A stretch of DNA of 64,000 nucleotides. Origin: Aulosira sp. ZfuVER01. Its GTDB lineage: Bacteria; Cyanobacteriota; Cyanobacteriia; Cyanobacteriales; Nostocaceae. The notes under the pieces were generated by a model that was not told the DNA's origin, did no database searches, and worked only from the letters and a program-made list of their open reading frames with translations. The stretch lies in assembly GCA_034530615.2 (NCBI GenBank), contig JAVRCV020000007.1, positions 32,001 to 96,000 on the forward strand. Reading direction: 5' to 3'. The position numbers and the translations under genes are program-made. This document shows, in pieces, positions 27,653 through 38,653 of the stretch (position 1 is the stretch's first letter; every line of letters begins with the position of its first letter).

Positions 27653-28687
27653 ATGAATGTGAACAAGATTGCGATCGCAGCTAGCATATTAGGCATTCTC
27701 AGTGGTACTGTGATTGGTTGCTCAAATGGCGCTCAAACTGACAATACTGCTACTAACACGGATACTAACACAACCACCAAGACTGCTAGCAATACTAGTG
27801 CCCAGACAAAGACTACCACTGGAGACAAACAATTACGCTCGGTAGCTTTCACCGCTGGGGATTTAAGTAACCCCTTTTTCGTCCTGATGGGTAAGGAAAT
27901 TGAGGCAGAAGCCAAGAAAATCGGCGGCAATGATGTCAAAGTTAGTGTGGTTTCCAGTGCCTATGACCTCAACCAACAAGCCAACCAAATTGAAAACTTT
28001 ACGGCTTCCAATACTGATGTGATTATCCTGAATGCTGCTGATAAAAGTGGCATTAAGCCCGCTGTGGATAAAGCCAAGCAAGCAGGTAGAGTCGTAGTTG
28101 CAGTAGATACAGGTGCAGAGGGAGTAGACGCCACCGTTACCACTAACAATGTGCAAGCGGGAGAAGTTGCTTGTCAATATATTGCTGACCGCCTCAAAGG
28201 CAAAGGCAATATGGTAATCGTCAATGGCCCGGCGGTGGACTCAGTGATTCAACGAGTGAGTGGCTGCGAGAAAGTAATAGCCAAATATCCTGATATCAAA
28301 ATCCTCTCCAAAAACCAGAATGCAGAAGGCAGTCGGGATGGCGGACTGAGAGTGATGACTGACCTACTGACAACCTTCCCTAAGATAGATGCTGTGTTTG
28401 CCATCAACGATCCGAGTGGAGTAGGAGCAGAACTAGCAGCGATCCAAGCACAACGCAAGGATTTCTTTATTGTTGGGGTCGATGGTGCGCCAGAAGCAAT
28501 CAAAGCGATCGCCAATAAAGATGGTATCTATGCGGCGACTGCTACCCAAAATCCACGAGGGATGGCTAGAGAAGCAGTGAAGGTGGGCAACGACATCTTA
28601 CACGGTAAAAAACCGCCTAATTCCACCATTCTGATTCCAGTCAAGCTGATCACAAAAGATAACGTTGCTACAGAAAAAGGCTGGTAA
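27653..28687 (+). CDS. frtA2: Sugar ABC transporter periplasmic binding lipoprotein (FrtA2-like), paralogue of the previous gene
   Basis: Lipobox VIGC; long identical blocks with frtA1 (RDGGLRVMTDLLTTFPKIDAVFA); AGGAG RBS. Confidence 0.85.
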   Translation: MNVNKIAIAASILGILSGTVIGCSNGAQTDNTATNTDTNTTTKTASNTSAQTKTTTGDKQLRSVAFTAGDLSNPFFVLMGKEIEAEAKKIGGNDVKVSVVSSAYDLNQQANQIENFTASNTDVIILNAADKSGIKPAVDKAKQAGRVVVAVDTGAEGVDATVTTNNVQAGEVACQYIADRLKGKGNMVIVNGPAVDSVIQRVSGCEKVIAKYPDIKILSKNQNAEGSRDGGLRVMTDLLTTFPKIDAVFAINDPSGVGAELAAIQAQRKDFFIVGVDGAPEAIKAIANKDGIYAATATQNPRGMAREAVKVGNDILHGKKPPNSTILIPVKLITKDNVATEKGW

Positions 28688-28694
28688 GGAGAAA

Positions 28695-28810
28695 AGGCAA
28701 GGGAGCAGGGAGCAGGGGACAAGGGGGACAAGGGGGATGAGAGAGAAATAACTAAGAACTCTGGACTCTTGACCAATGCCCAATGCCCCATGCCCCATGC
28801 CCCATGCCCA
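28695..28810. repeat. Short tandem repeats (GGGAGCA, GGGGACAA, CCCCATG)
   Basis: Tandem units in the frtA2-frtB spacer. Confidence 0.8.
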
Positions 28811-28846
28811 CTCACAAATTTTAAATTGTGTTTACAGGATGTGTTC

Positions 28847-30400
28847 ATGACAATAAGTACTGAAACTTCTTTTCCTGATACACCAACTGCCACCCCTGTA
28901 TTAGAAATGCAGGGTATTACAAAACGATTTCATGGTGTACCGGCGCTGCAAAATGTCAATCTCACGATTTATCCGGGAGAAGTTCACGCTCTCATGGGCG
29001 AGAATGGAGCAGGTAAAAGTACATTGATGAAAATCCTGGCTGGGGCTTACATTGCCGATGAAGGTGAGATTCGCATCAATGGTCAACCCATAAAAATTAC
29101 TGACCCAGCAACAGCACGACAAGCCGGAATTAATCTCATCTATCAAGAACTGAATGTTGCACCTAATTTAACCGTTACCGAAAATATGTTTATGGGTAGC
29201 GAGTTAAGGCGGGGTCAGTTTTTAGACCGCCAAGGCATGGAACAGGAAGCAAGGCAAGTGCTGCAAAGTCTCGGTGCTAGTTTTGCTACAACTGATATAG
29301 TTGGTACTCTCTCAATTGCCGAACAGCAGCAGGTAGAAATTGCCCGCGCCTTGAAGGATAAAAGCCGCATCCTCGTGATGGATGAGCCAACAGCTGCACT
29401 ATCTGACCGCGAGACTGAGCGTTTGTTTGAGGTAATTCGCAAACTCCGGGATGACGGCATTGCCATTATCTACATCAGCCATCGCATGGAAGAAGTGTAT
29501 GCCTTAGCGAACCGGATTAGCGTACTGCGCGATGGTCAATACGTTGGGAGTCTGACAAGGGATGAAATTTCTGCCCAGCGATTGGTGCAGATGATGGTCG
29601 GTCGTCCCATGCAGGATTTTTACGAACATCAGCGGCGAACAGATTTTGGGCCAGTGGTGCTGGAAGTGAGAAATCTCAGCGATGGCCGCAAGATTGAACC
29701 AGCTAGTTTTGAAATTCATGCAGGCGAAATTCTCGGTCTAGCCGGGTTAGTTGGTGCAGGACGTACTGAACTATCCCGGCTGATTTTTGGTGCTGACCGC
29801 AAAGTCAGTGGTGAAGTAATTCTGGATGGTAAAAGACTAGATATTAATAATCCCAGTGATGCCATTGCTGCCGGCATTGGCTATGTTCCAGAAGACCGCA
29901 AAGACCAAGGTTTGTTTCTGGAGATGAGTTCCCGAAAGAATATTGCCCTCAACAGGCTCAAACAGGATGCAAAGGCTGGGGTTGTGAACTGGGGTTCAGT
30001 AAATAAAATTGCCACAGACGCGGTGGAAAACTTTCATATCCGGCTTGCCAACCTGGAAATTAGAGCCGTGGATCTTTCCGGTGGTAATCAGCAAAAGCTG
30101 CTGCTGGCGCGCTGGCTAGCGATTAAGCCGAAAGTATTGATGCTGGATGAGCCAACACGCGGTGTAGATATCGGTGCCAAAAGCGAAATTTACCGAATTA
30201 TGAGTGAATTGGCAGCACAAGGCATTGCGATTTTGATGGTTTCCAGCGAACTACCAGAGATTGTCGGTATGAGCGATCGCGTTTTGGTGATGCGAGAAGG
30301 GCAGCTAGTAGGCGAACTTGACGGCAGCCTCGGCAAAGAAATTACCCAAGAAAACATTATGCACTATGCCACTGGAGCAGGGGAGGTACTAGGATCATGA
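28847..30400 (+). CDS. frtB: Sugar ABC transporter ATP-binding protein (two ABC domains)
   Basis: [22 protein letters not shown] and LDEPTRGVD; the ORF extension to 28769 is repeat-derived. Confidence 0.92.
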   Translation: MTISTETSFPDTPTATPVLEMQGITKRFHGVPALQNVNLTIYPGEVHALMGENGAGKSTLMKILAGAYIADEGEIRINGQPIKITDPATARQAGINLIYQELNVAPNLTVTENMFMGSELRRGQFLDRQGMEQEARQVLQSLGASFATTDIVGTLSIAEQQQVEIARALKDKSRILVMDEPTAALSDRETERLFEVIRKLRDDGIAIIYISHRMEEVYALANRISVLRDGQYVGSLTRDEISAQRLVQMMVGRPMQDFYEHQRRTDFGPVVLEVRNLSDGRKIEPASFEIHAGEILGLAGLVGAGRTELSRLIFGADRKVSGEVILDGKRLDINNPSDAIAAGIGYVPEDRKDQGLFLEMSSRKNIALNRLKQDAKAGVVNWGSVNKIATDAVENFHIRLANLEIRAVDLSGGNQQKLLLARWLAIKPKVLMLDEPTRGVDIGAKSEIYRIMSELAAQGIAILMVSSELPEIVGMSDRVLVMREGQLVGELDGSLGKEITQENIMHYATGAGEVLGS

Positions 30401-31392
30401 GCCAAACTGTCAGACCCACCAAAGATAGACATGGCGCACAACCCGTATCGCGTCAGCGTCAATCAATTAACAATCTCATCCAAGTAGCGGGTATTTTACC
30501 GATTCTGCTACTTATCTGCATCTTATTTGCGTTTTTGACACCTAGTTTCCTCACACCTGGGAATGCCGTCAATATATTACGACAGGCATCTATCAATATT
30601 GTGCTGGCAACAGGAATGACCTTTGTCATCCTGACTGGTGGTATTGACCTTTCAGTTGGATCAATATTGGCTGTTTCTGCGGTAGTAGCACTGCTAGTAT
30701 CCTTGGTTCCAGGTTTGGGTTGGGCGGCGGTCATTGCTGGGTTGCTCACAGGATTAGTTTTGGGCTTACTGAACGGTGCTTTAATCACCTTTTTAGATGT
30801 GCCACCCTTCATTGTGACCCTAGGTTCACTTACCGCCTTGCGGGGTGTTGCCTATTTGGTCGCCAAGGGCACAACAGTTATTAACCGTGACATCAATTTT
30901 GCTTGGGTAGGTAATAGCTATTTGGGCCCCTTTCCTTGGCTGGTAGTCATTGCCCTACTAGCTGTTCTAGCTAGTTGGTTTATCCTCCGACAGACTGTGT
31001 TAGGAGTGCAGATATATGCCGTAGGTGGTAACGAACGGGCAGCACGATTAACGGGTATCAAAGTTAATCGCGTTTTACTATTTGTCTATGGTGTGAGTGG
31101 ATTACTAGCAGGTTTGGCAGGAATCATGAGTGCTAGCCGTTTATATAGTGCTAGTGGTTTGTTGGGTCAAGGTTATGAATTGGATGCGATCGCCGCTGTA
31201 ATTTTAGGTGGTACTAGCTTTACAGGCGGTATTGGTACTATTGGTGGCACCCTGCTAGGTGCATTGATTATTGCGATTCTCAACAATGGTTTGACTTTGT
31301 TGAACCTATCTTACTTCTGGCAACTAGTCGTCAAAGGTCTAGTAATTATTTTAGCGGTCATGATCGATCGCCTCCGCAGACGTACCAGATGA
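30397..31392 (+). CDS. frtC: Sugar ABC transporter permease (RbsC family)
   Basis: [20 protein letters not shown] and [15 protein letters not shown]. Confidence 0.92.
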   Translation: MSQTVRPTKDRHGAQPVSRQRQSINNLIQVAGILPILLLICILFAFLTPSFLTPGNAVNILRQASINIVLATGMTFVILTGGIDLSVGSILAVSAVVALLVSLVPGLGWAAVIAGLLTGLVLGLLNGALITFLDVPPFIVTLGSLTALRGVAYLVAKGTTVINRDINFAWVGNSYLGPFPWLVVIALLAVLASWFILRQTVLGVQIYAVGGNERAARLTGIKVNRVLLFVYGVSGLLAGLAGIMSASRLYSASGLLGQGYELDAIAAVILGGTSFTGGIGTIGGTLLGALIIAILNNGLTLLNLSYFWQLVVKGLVIILAVMIDRLRRRTR

Positions 31393-31422
31393 TTGAGAAT
31401 CAAAAGATTTAATGCGATATGC

Positions 31423-31484
31423 AGCTTAATCTTCTGTTACAAGTCCAGCAAATTTTCACGGTACTCTAATCTGAAGATTAAGCT
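31423..31484. terminator. Stem-loop after frtC
   Basis: Perfect 12-bp inverted repeat AGCTTAATCTTC/GAAGATTAAGCT. Confidence 0.5.
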
Positions 31485-31850
31485 CCTAACAAGCAGTATG
31501 AGCTAGTGGCTGACTATTAAAACACTCTATTAAGCTATCGAATCAAAGTTTCAATTAACGCCTCACTCGTTGCCAAAACTGTACTAATTTAAGCAATACA
31601 ACGATCCGACTAGAGCGCATCCCCCTCAAAATATTTTTTTCTTTTCCCTTTATAAATCCAGGGGTTTGAGATTATCTCTCTGTAATGCTGACCTCTCTGC
31701 CATGTGTAGCTGCTTCCCCATAGGGGATGGTAACAGCTAGCCTACACAACGCTCGCCGTAGGATGCCCGACGAAGGGCTGTAGGGCAAACATCCTATGGG
31801 TGAAGGTTAAACCAAAGAAGCAGGTTTTTAAAGTTATCTCGTTTAATACC

Positions 31851-33473
31851 ATGCTAAAAAATTTTTTGTACAGTTTTCCCCTTTTATTTTTGCTATGCCC
31901 AGCAGCCTGGGCATTACCCGCAAACGATAATTTAAAAATTGCTGATGCCGCAGATAATAACACCAACTTGCAGGGACAGGTAAACTCTGTTTCTCAACTT
32001 TCTGATATCCAACCAAACGATTGGGCATTCCAAGCGCTGCAATCGCTAGTAGAACGCTACGGCTGTATTGCAGGTTATCCCAATGGAACCTATCGCGGCA
32101 ATCGTGCCCTAACTCGCTATGAATTTGCGGCGGGTTTAAATGCTTGCTTGAACCGAATTGGTGAGCTAATTACTACCAGTACTAGCGAGTTAGTCAGTAA
32201 GCAAGACTTAGCAACATTGCAAAAGTTGCAGGAGGAGTTTACAGCCGAATTAACAACTCTGCGTGGACGAGTAGATACATTGGAAGCGCGCACAGCCACA
32301 CTTGAACAGCAACAGTTTTCCACTACCACTAAATTAAATGCACAAATTATCACAGCCGTTAGCGATACCTTTGGTAACAGAGTCGGAGGCGATCGCGATG
32401 AATCCAACGTCTTCTTTGCAACTCGCGGTCGTCTCCAATTAGAGAGCAGCTTTACAGGCAAAGATATGTTGCGAGTCCGCCTGGAGTTTGGCAACTTTGC
32501 CAATTCCGATGGCAGTAGCCAGATTGCCACAGCCAGCGGCACAGGAATGACACGCCTGAATTTTGATAGCGACAGCAACAATACACTGTTTGTGCCTCAC
32601 ATTCGTTACTATTTTCCAGTTAGTGATTCCCTCTCCTTCGTCGTCGGCCCGGTAGGTATTGGCTATAACGACATCACAGACAATGTGACTCCTGCGACTA
32701 TTGCCGATGATGGTAACGGGATTCCCTCACTTTTTGGCAAAAACAGTCTGCTCTTCGAGCGAGGTGGGGGCGGTGCAGCCGTTAACTGGAATATCAGCAA
32801 AGATTTGGTTCTGACCTTAGGCTATTTAGCCAATAGTCCCAATAACCCAGCACAGAAAAGTGGCTTATTTGATGGTGGCTACAACGCTCTAGCCCATCTC
32901 GTGTATTACGGCAACCAAGCAGCTATTGGGGTCGCCTACTCTCATGGATATAACCCTGCTGGCACGGTTGATATCACAGGTGGTAGAGGCAGTGCCTTGT
33001 CAATTGCTCCCTTTGGCAACAACATTGCTACTTCCAACGATATCGTCGGTATGCAAGGATACTATCGCTTTTCGCCTAACTTCCAAATCCACGGTTGGGG
33101 TGGATATATGTGGGCAACTGCCGAGAGTTCTGGTTTCAGTAATATTTCTAATGGCAGAGGTGGAACCGATTCTTTGTTCGTTAACAATGGTGACAATGCT
33201 AATGCCTGGTTTGGGGCAGTAGGTCTATCTTTTCCAGATGTTGGGGGTAGGGGCAACCTACCGGGAATTCTTTTTGGTATCCCACCCCACGTTACCAATA
33301 GTGATGTGCGTCAAGAGAACGACAATGCTTACCATATCGAAGCTTTTTATCGCTGGCGGCTCAACGATAACATTTCTATGACACCTGGTTTCTGGGTAAT
33401 TCTCAACCCAGAAAACAATAGCAACAACGATACACAGTATGTCGGTGTATTGCGTACCACTTTCGATTTCTAA
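31851..33473 (+). CDS. oprB: SLH-domain carbohydrate-selective porin (OprB family)
   Basis: SVSQLSDIQPNDWAFQALQSLVERYGC SLH domain, FSTTTKL, terminal RTTFDF; ATG at 31851. Confidence 0.9.
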   Translation: MLKNFLYSFPLLFLLCPAAWALPANDNLKIADAADNNTNLQGQVNSVSQLSDIQPNDWAFQALQSLVERYGCIAGYPNGTYRGNRALTRYEFAAGLNACLNRIGELITTSTSELVSKQDLATLQKLQEEFTAELTTLRGRVDTLEARTATLEQQQFSTTTKLNAQIITAVSDTFGNRVGGDRDESNVFFATRGRLQLESSFTGKDMLRVRLEFGNFANSDGSSQIATASGTGMTRLNFDSDSNNTLFVPHIRYYFPVSDSLSFVVGPVGIGYNDITDNVTPATIADDGNGIPSLFGKNSLLFERGGGGAAVNWNISKDLVLTLGYLANSPNNPAQKSGLFDGGYNALAHLVYYGNQAAIGVAYSHGYNPAGTVDITGGRGSALSIAPFGNNIATSNDIVGMQGYYRFSPNFQIHGWGGYMWATAESSGFSNISNGRGGTDSLFVNNGDNANAWFGAVGLSFPDVGGRGNLPGILFGIPPHVTNSDVRQENDNAYHIEAFYRWRLNDNISMTPGFWVILNPENNSNNDTQYVGVLRTTFDF

Positions 33474-33562
33474 ATCTATTGAGTCAATTAATCGAGATGC
33501 TAGTGTCTACGCGAATCAACCTATTTAGCAAATACTCTCACTATGTCTACGACATATAAACT

Positions 33563-34966
33563 ATGACATCTACTACTCGTCCTCGTCGGCAAGCAAACAC
33601 CTATTATGTCATCTTGATTGCGGGTGCTGCTGCCCTTGGTGGCTTTTTATTTGGGTTTGACACAGCTGTAATTAACGGTGCAGTTGTAGCTTTATCCAAA
33701 GCTTTTAACACTAGCAGTTGGGTGACTGGTTTTGCGGTCTCCCTCGCATTGCTGGGGTCTGCGGTTGGAGCCTTCTTTGCCGGACAGATTGCAGACCGTT
33801 ATGGTCGTGTTAAAGCAATGGTTGTAGCTTCGGCGTTGTTTACTATTAGTGCTATTGGTTCTGGGATTGCCTTTACTATTTGGGATTTTATCTTTTGGCG
33901 TTTATTAGGCGGAATTGCAGTTGGCGCTGCTAGTGTCATTGCACCAGCTTACATTGCAGAATGTTCTCCCTCGCACTTACGGGGAAGGTTAGGTTCTCTC
34001 CAGCAATTAGCGATTGTGGTGGGAATTTTTATTGCCCTACTGAGTGACTACTTTATTGCTGTGTCAGCAGGTTCAGCAGAGTCGCCGTTTTTGTTTGGTG
34101 TTGCAGCTTGGCGTTGGATGTTTTGGTCAGCAGTCCCGCCAGCAGTATTCTACGGGATGGCTGCTTTAACAATTCCCGAATCTCCTCGTTACTTAGTTGC
34201 CCAAAATCGGGAGTCAGAAGCGGCTAATGTTCTGAGCAAGATTTTGGGAGGTAATGTACAAGAAAAAATTGACGAAATTCGCCAAACAGTCATGCGAGAA
34301 CGCCGTCCCAACTTGTCTGACCTTTTAAGCAGAAGTGGGGGACTCCTACCAATTGTTTGGGTGGGAATAGGCTTATCTGTATTCCAGCAATTGGTTGGTA
34401 TTAATGTCATCTTCTACTACAGCAGTGTTTTGTGGCGAGCAGTTGGGTTCTCAGAAAAAAATTCGCTAACAATCACAGTTATTACAGGAGCCGTCAACAT
34501 TATTACTACCCTAGTTGCGATCGCCTTCGTAGATAAATTTGGTCGCAAACCCCTACTCATCTTAGGGTCAATCGGCATGACTGTGACCTTGGGAACGATG
34601 GCTTATATTTTTGGTCACGCTGCAACCGATGCTGCTGGTAATCCTACATTGACTGGTTCAGCAGGTACTATAGCTCTGTTCGCAGCTAACCTCTATGTAT
34701 TTTGCTTTGGGTTCTCCTGGGGTCCAGTGGTTTGGGTACTGTTGGGAGAAATGTTTAATAACAAGATTCGTGGGGCTGCGCTTTCTGTCGCTGCGGCCAT
34801 GCAGTGGATAGCGAATTTCGTTGTTTCCACGACATTTCCACCTATATTGCAATATTTCGGACTCGGTGCTGCCTATGGGGTGTATACAACTGCTGCGGCG
34901 ATCTCGCTCTTTTTCGTTTGGTTCTTTATTAGAGAAACCAAAGGAATGGAGTTAGAAGAAATGTAA
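33563..34966 (+). CDS. glcP: MFS sugar porter (glucose permease)
   Basis: GGFLFGFDTAVING, DRYGR, PESPR, QQLVGINVIFYY and ETKG motifs. Confidence 0.92.
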   Translation: MTSTTRPRRQANTYYVILIAGAAALGGFLFGFDTAVINGAVVALSKAFNTSSWVTGFAVSLALLGSAVGAFFAGQIADRYGRVKAMVVASALFTISAIGSGIAFTIWDFIFWRLLGGIAVGAASVIAPAYIAECSPSHLRGRLGSLQQLAIVVGIFIALLSDYFIAVSAGSAESPFLFGVAAWRWMFWSAVPPAVFYGMAALTIPESPRYLVAQNRESEAANVLSKILGGNVQEKIDEIRQTVMRERRPNLSDLLSRSGGLLPIVWVGIGLSVFQQLVGINVIFYYSSVLWRAVGFSEKNSLTITVITGAVNIITTLVAIAFVDKFGRKPLLILGSIGMTVTLGTMAYIFGHAATDAAGNPTLTGSAGTIALFAANLYVFCFGFSWGPVVWVLLGEMFNNKIRGAALSVAAAMQWIANFVVSTTFPPILQYFGLGAAYGVYTTAAAISLFFVWFFIRETKGMELEEM

Positions 34967-35000
34967 TTGACCTTAAGAGGTAAATTGCAAAAATTTTCAG

Positions 35001-35062
35001 GCAGATGCAGATTGAAATTCCCGACTTTATCTTAGAGGAAATTACCTGCATCTGCTTTTCTT
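35001..35062 (+). terminator. Hairpin after glcP
   Basis: GCAGATGCAG...CTGCATCTGC followed by TTTTCTTT; long loop. Confidence 0.5.
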
Positions 35063-35132
35063 TCAGCTACAGTAATCCGATTTGATTCCTGAAATTATAA
35101 TTTCCCTATTTCAGCAAAATCATGTGTAAAAA

Positions 35133-36221
35133 ATGTCTACATCAGAAAATATTTCATCCCCAAACCCATCGGGAAATGGCAATCAAGAATTAAGCCTAGT
35201 TAAAGAAAGTTTTGGTGAAGTTGACAATCAAAAAGTTTATCTGTTTACATTTACCAATAAAAAGAGCGATCGCTTAAAAATTACCAACTATGGGGGCATC
35301 GTTACCGCATGGATTTCGACTGATAAAAATGGCAATAAATCGAGCATAGTTATAGGTTATAACAATCTAGATAATTACTTAGCAGAACCACCATATTTTG
35401 GAGCTTTAATTGGTCGCTTTGCTAATCGAATTGCTAAAGGTAAATTCCAACTACAAGGACAAACTTACTCTTTACCTACAAATAATGGCGAAAATCATCT
35501 GCATGGCGGTAACAAAGGCTTTGATAAAGTAGTGTGGGATGCAGAAATCATCAATGGCGACCCACCGACATTATTATTAAGTTATCTCAGTCAAGATGGT
35601 GAAGAGGGTTATCCTGGAAATTTACAAGTCACAGTTCGTTATAAATTTACAGATGATAATGAACTAGAAATTGAATATAATGCCGAGACAGACAAAGCTA
35701 CCCCGATTAATTTAACCAATCATTCTTATTTCAACTTAACAAGTGATGTCAGTAATTCAATTTTAAATCATACGCTGATGATTGAGGCGGATAACTACAC
35801 ACCTGTTGATAGTAATCTTATTCCTACAGGTGAAATCAAATCAGTAATAGGTACTCCTTTTGATTTTAAAACGCCTGAGAAGATTGGCACAAGAATTAAA
35901 GAGGCTGGTGGATACGATCATAATTATGTATTAAATCAAAAAGATAATTATGACAGACCAATAGTAATATTAACTGACGATATAAGTGGCAGAAAGCTGG
36001 AAGTATTTACAGACCAGCCAGGGATGCAGTTTTATTCGGGTAATATGCTGAATGGCGCATTTAAAACAGATGAAGGAAAAGCAATTGAACAACATGCAGC
36101 ACTATGTTTAGAAACGCAGCATTTTCCCAATTCTCCCAATGAGCCACGATTCCCATCTGCAATCATCAATCCTGGAGAGAAATATCATACAATAACCAAA
36201 TATAAACTTTCGCTTCAGTAA
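35133..36221 (+). CDS. galM: Aldose 1-epimerase (mutarotase)
   Basis: GRFANRI, NHLHGG, GYPG, NLTNHSYFNL, GYDHNY and CLETQHFP. Confidence 0.93.
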   Translation: MSTSENISSPNPSGNGNQELSLVKESFGEVDNQKVYLFTFTNKKSDRLKITNYGGIVTAWISTDKNGNKSSIVIGYNNLDNYLAEPPYFGALIGRFANRIAKGKFQLQGQTYSLPTNNGENHLHGGNKGFDKVVWDAEIINGDPPTLLLSYLSQDGEEGYPGNLQVTVRYKFTDDNELEIEYNAETDKATPINLTNHSYFNLTSDVSNSILNHTLMIEADNYTPVDSNLIPTGEIKSVIGTPFDFKTPEKIGTRIKEAGGYDHNYVLNQKDNYDRPIVILTDDISGRKLEVFTDQPGMQFYSGNMLNGAFKTDEGKAIEQHAALCLETQHFPNSPNEPRFPSAIINPGEKYHTITKYKLSLQ

Positions 36222-36259
36222 ATTAGTAATCAGAATAAAAAATAAAACCGCTCAACAAA

Positions 36260-37282
36260 TTAAACCCAGAATGTTACCTTAACTGATTGATTCGGCAATA
36301 ATCTTGGATCTTCTCCACGAGAAATTGCGGCGTGAATTGACTCGACAAATATATGAATAGTATCCGCAGGTGTATTAGAAAATTGATTTCCGTATTTTGC
36401 GATCGCTTCACCCTGAATACCTAAAATTTCAATGTCCTGTCTGATAATATGTTGAGCAGTCCAGCGCACAAACGGACGTGCTAGCTTATTCCAGATGCCG
36501 TAGTTGTAGGTAACATCTGTGTAAACCAAAGTAGAATTCTCGGTTTCTGGGATAGATTGACTGGTAATGAACAAATGGCGATTGCGTCCCATTTGATATT
36601 CCACAGAGGTAATATTGGGCATATAAAAGCGATCCCTATGTTTAATTTCAGCACCTTGACGATTGAGAAACCGACTATACCATCCCAAATTACTAGTTTC
36701 GTTGCGATACTCCACCACAACAGCACCATTTTCTCGTTCTACAGTCATCTCTAACTTTTGTTGGCGGGAGTTACGGAACACACCAGGATGCACAAAAGCT
36801 GTGTGGGGAATATCAATAAAATTCTCTGCACAATTGGTAACGTTATTCGCAAAACGGTTAATTACCCGCACCGTCTCCCAGCCTGGTTTTCCATAATAAG
36901 GCATAGAAAAGGGTGCAAACTCTTCACTTGGCGTGTCAGCTAACCGCACATATATATAACCATCTTGTTCTTTGATAGCGTAACGCTTTGCTTGACGCTG
37001 CTGGGAAGGTTTGAAATCATCTCCCTCAGCCGGAACAGCAATTACTTTACCATCGCCATCGTATACCCAACCATGATAAGGACATTGCAAAGCACCCTTA
37101 CAGACTTTACCAGGTGACAGACGGCTATTGCGATGCAAACAGCGATCGCGCAACGCCACAGCTTGTCCATCTTCACCACGAAATATTGCTAACCACTCTC
37201 CTAAAACAGTTCTTGCTAGTAGAGTGTTAGGTCTCAGTTGTTCACTGAGTGCGACAATATACCAAAAATCTGCAAATTGCAT
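36260..37282 (-). CDS. Rieske non-heme iron oxygenase (VanA-like architecture)
   Basis: CLHRN...CPYHGW; ENFIDIPHTAFVH; RQDIEIL. Confidence 0.9.
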   Translation of the reverse strand: MQFADFWYIVALSEQLRPNTLLARTVLGEWLAIFRGEDGQAVALRDRCLHRNSRLSPGKVCKGALQCPYHGWVYDGDGKVIAVPAEGDDFKPSQQRQAKRYAIKEQDGYIYVRLADTPSEEFAPFSMPYYGKPGWETVRVINRFANNVTNCAENFIDIPHTAFVHPGVFRNSRQQKLEMTVERENGAVVVEYRNETSNLGWYSRFLNRQGAEIKHRDRFYMPNITSVEYQMGRNRHLFITSQSIPETENSTLVYTDVTYNYGIWNKLARPFVRWTAQHIIRQDIEILGIQGEAIAKYGNQFSNTPADTIHIFVESIHAAISRGEDPRLLPNQSVKVTFWV

Positions 37283-37453
37283 GGTGGGTAGTGGCGGAAG
37301 AGAGCGATCGTATTTAAATTATGACGACCTCTCAAGCATAATTGTTAGGTTGCAAATGTTTTTGAGTATTCTTGAAGCATGAAAAAAACTAACACACATT
37401 AAAATGCTTGTTCATTAGAGAATAACAACATTTAATCGCAACATTAACCAAAT

Positions 37454-37744
37454 TTATCGTTCCAATCTGCGAATTTCGACATTAGCTGTAAGGTCAAGCT
37501 GACAGGCTAATCGTGCATGGGGATAAGTAGGAGCTAATGTATCAAGCATTTCTCGTTCATCGGGTTGGGGGGGAGGAATTTCACCAATAACCTCAACTAA
37601 GCAAGTTCCACAAATACCAGTCCGACAACCAAACAATACAGGTGAATTCTGAATAGTAAGTTGTTCAGATAAATTTTGATGAGGTTGTAAACTTATTGGT
37701 AGATAATCAGTTTCGGGAAAAGATATATTACAAAATTCAGACAT
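37454..37744 (-). CDS. 2Fe-2S ferredoxin
   Basis: FGCRTGICGTC...RLACQ; start MSEFCNISF at 37744. Confidence 0.88.
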   Translation of the reverse strand: MSEFCNISFPETDYLPISLQPHQNLSEQLTIQNSPVLFGCRTGICGTCLVEVIGEIPPPQPDEREMLDTLAPTYPHARLACQLDLTANVEIRRLER

Positions 37745-38042
37745 ATATAAACAATCAGTACGCAGTTTATGATGGCTACTTCTCATTTATTTTAAATATA
37801 AAAAATGCATGGTCAATCTAGCAGATGCGATCGCAATCCTTGACTTATCAAACCCAGAATAAAGTCTTTTGATTTGGTATAAATTTTTGAAAAGCGATCG
37901 CCTGACTGTCACATACCCTGCCTCAAAATAATAGCAAGAATTCAAGTTAAAATCTGCACAGCATTAATCATTAATACTCTACAAATTCAGCTTTAGCGCT
38001 CCCTGCTCTCCTATTTTTTCACTTACACGCTTGATTCTTTAA

Positions 38043-38237
38043 TCAAACATCAACATTTATCTGTTCTATCTGTCTAGCAGCTTTCTCCCAACGCTTTGCG
38101 GAAGTTTCATCCTGCCAATGAGTTCTCATATTTTCTGCTTTTTTGTGACATATTCGCTCTAACATTTCTAAGATTGCGGATAATGTCAATTTGTCAATTA
38201 ATTCTTCTAAAATTTCCATATATTCTTTGTGCATCAT
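38043..38237 (-). CDS. Small helical hypothetical protein
   Basis: MMHKEYMEILEELIDKLTLSAILEMLERICHKKAEN...WEKAARQI; amphipathic helices. Confidence 0.6.
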   Translation of the reverse strand: MMHKEYMEILEELIDKLTLSAILEMLERICHKKAENMRTHWQDETSAKRWEKAARQIEQINVDV

Positions 38238-38653
38238 ATTTCTATCCTTAAGTTTCGTTGATAGATTCTGCCAAATGTGATGTAAATAAATGGCTGGTAG
38301 ATTCTCCAATAATTGATTAAGATTTGTTGCCCATACTTACCAATATTCTATACTTCTTATACATACAGTTTAGCCTATTTTGAATACTCAAATTTGAAAA
38401 TTTATTTTTAATAGATGGAAAAGCAAAAATACCACTTCCAACTATTAGAATATCTCAATCTACTTATCTTGACAAAAAGATAAGAATTCAGCACCCAAGA
38501 GTCAGCAGCCAGAATTTAAAGCTAATCTAGAAGATAGTAAATTGATTCATCAAATATTTCTCCTCATTCTTGAACCCTGCTGCCTTCTTAAAAGGCTTGC
38601 AGGCTGTGGGTGCTTAATAAATATTGACACAGGTATTACTTGGACAATGTCTT

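Noticed and set aside
28769..28846. N-terminal extension of frtB ([14 protein letters not shown])
   Set aside because: It is a translation of CCCCATG tandem repeats; the likely start is ATG 28847
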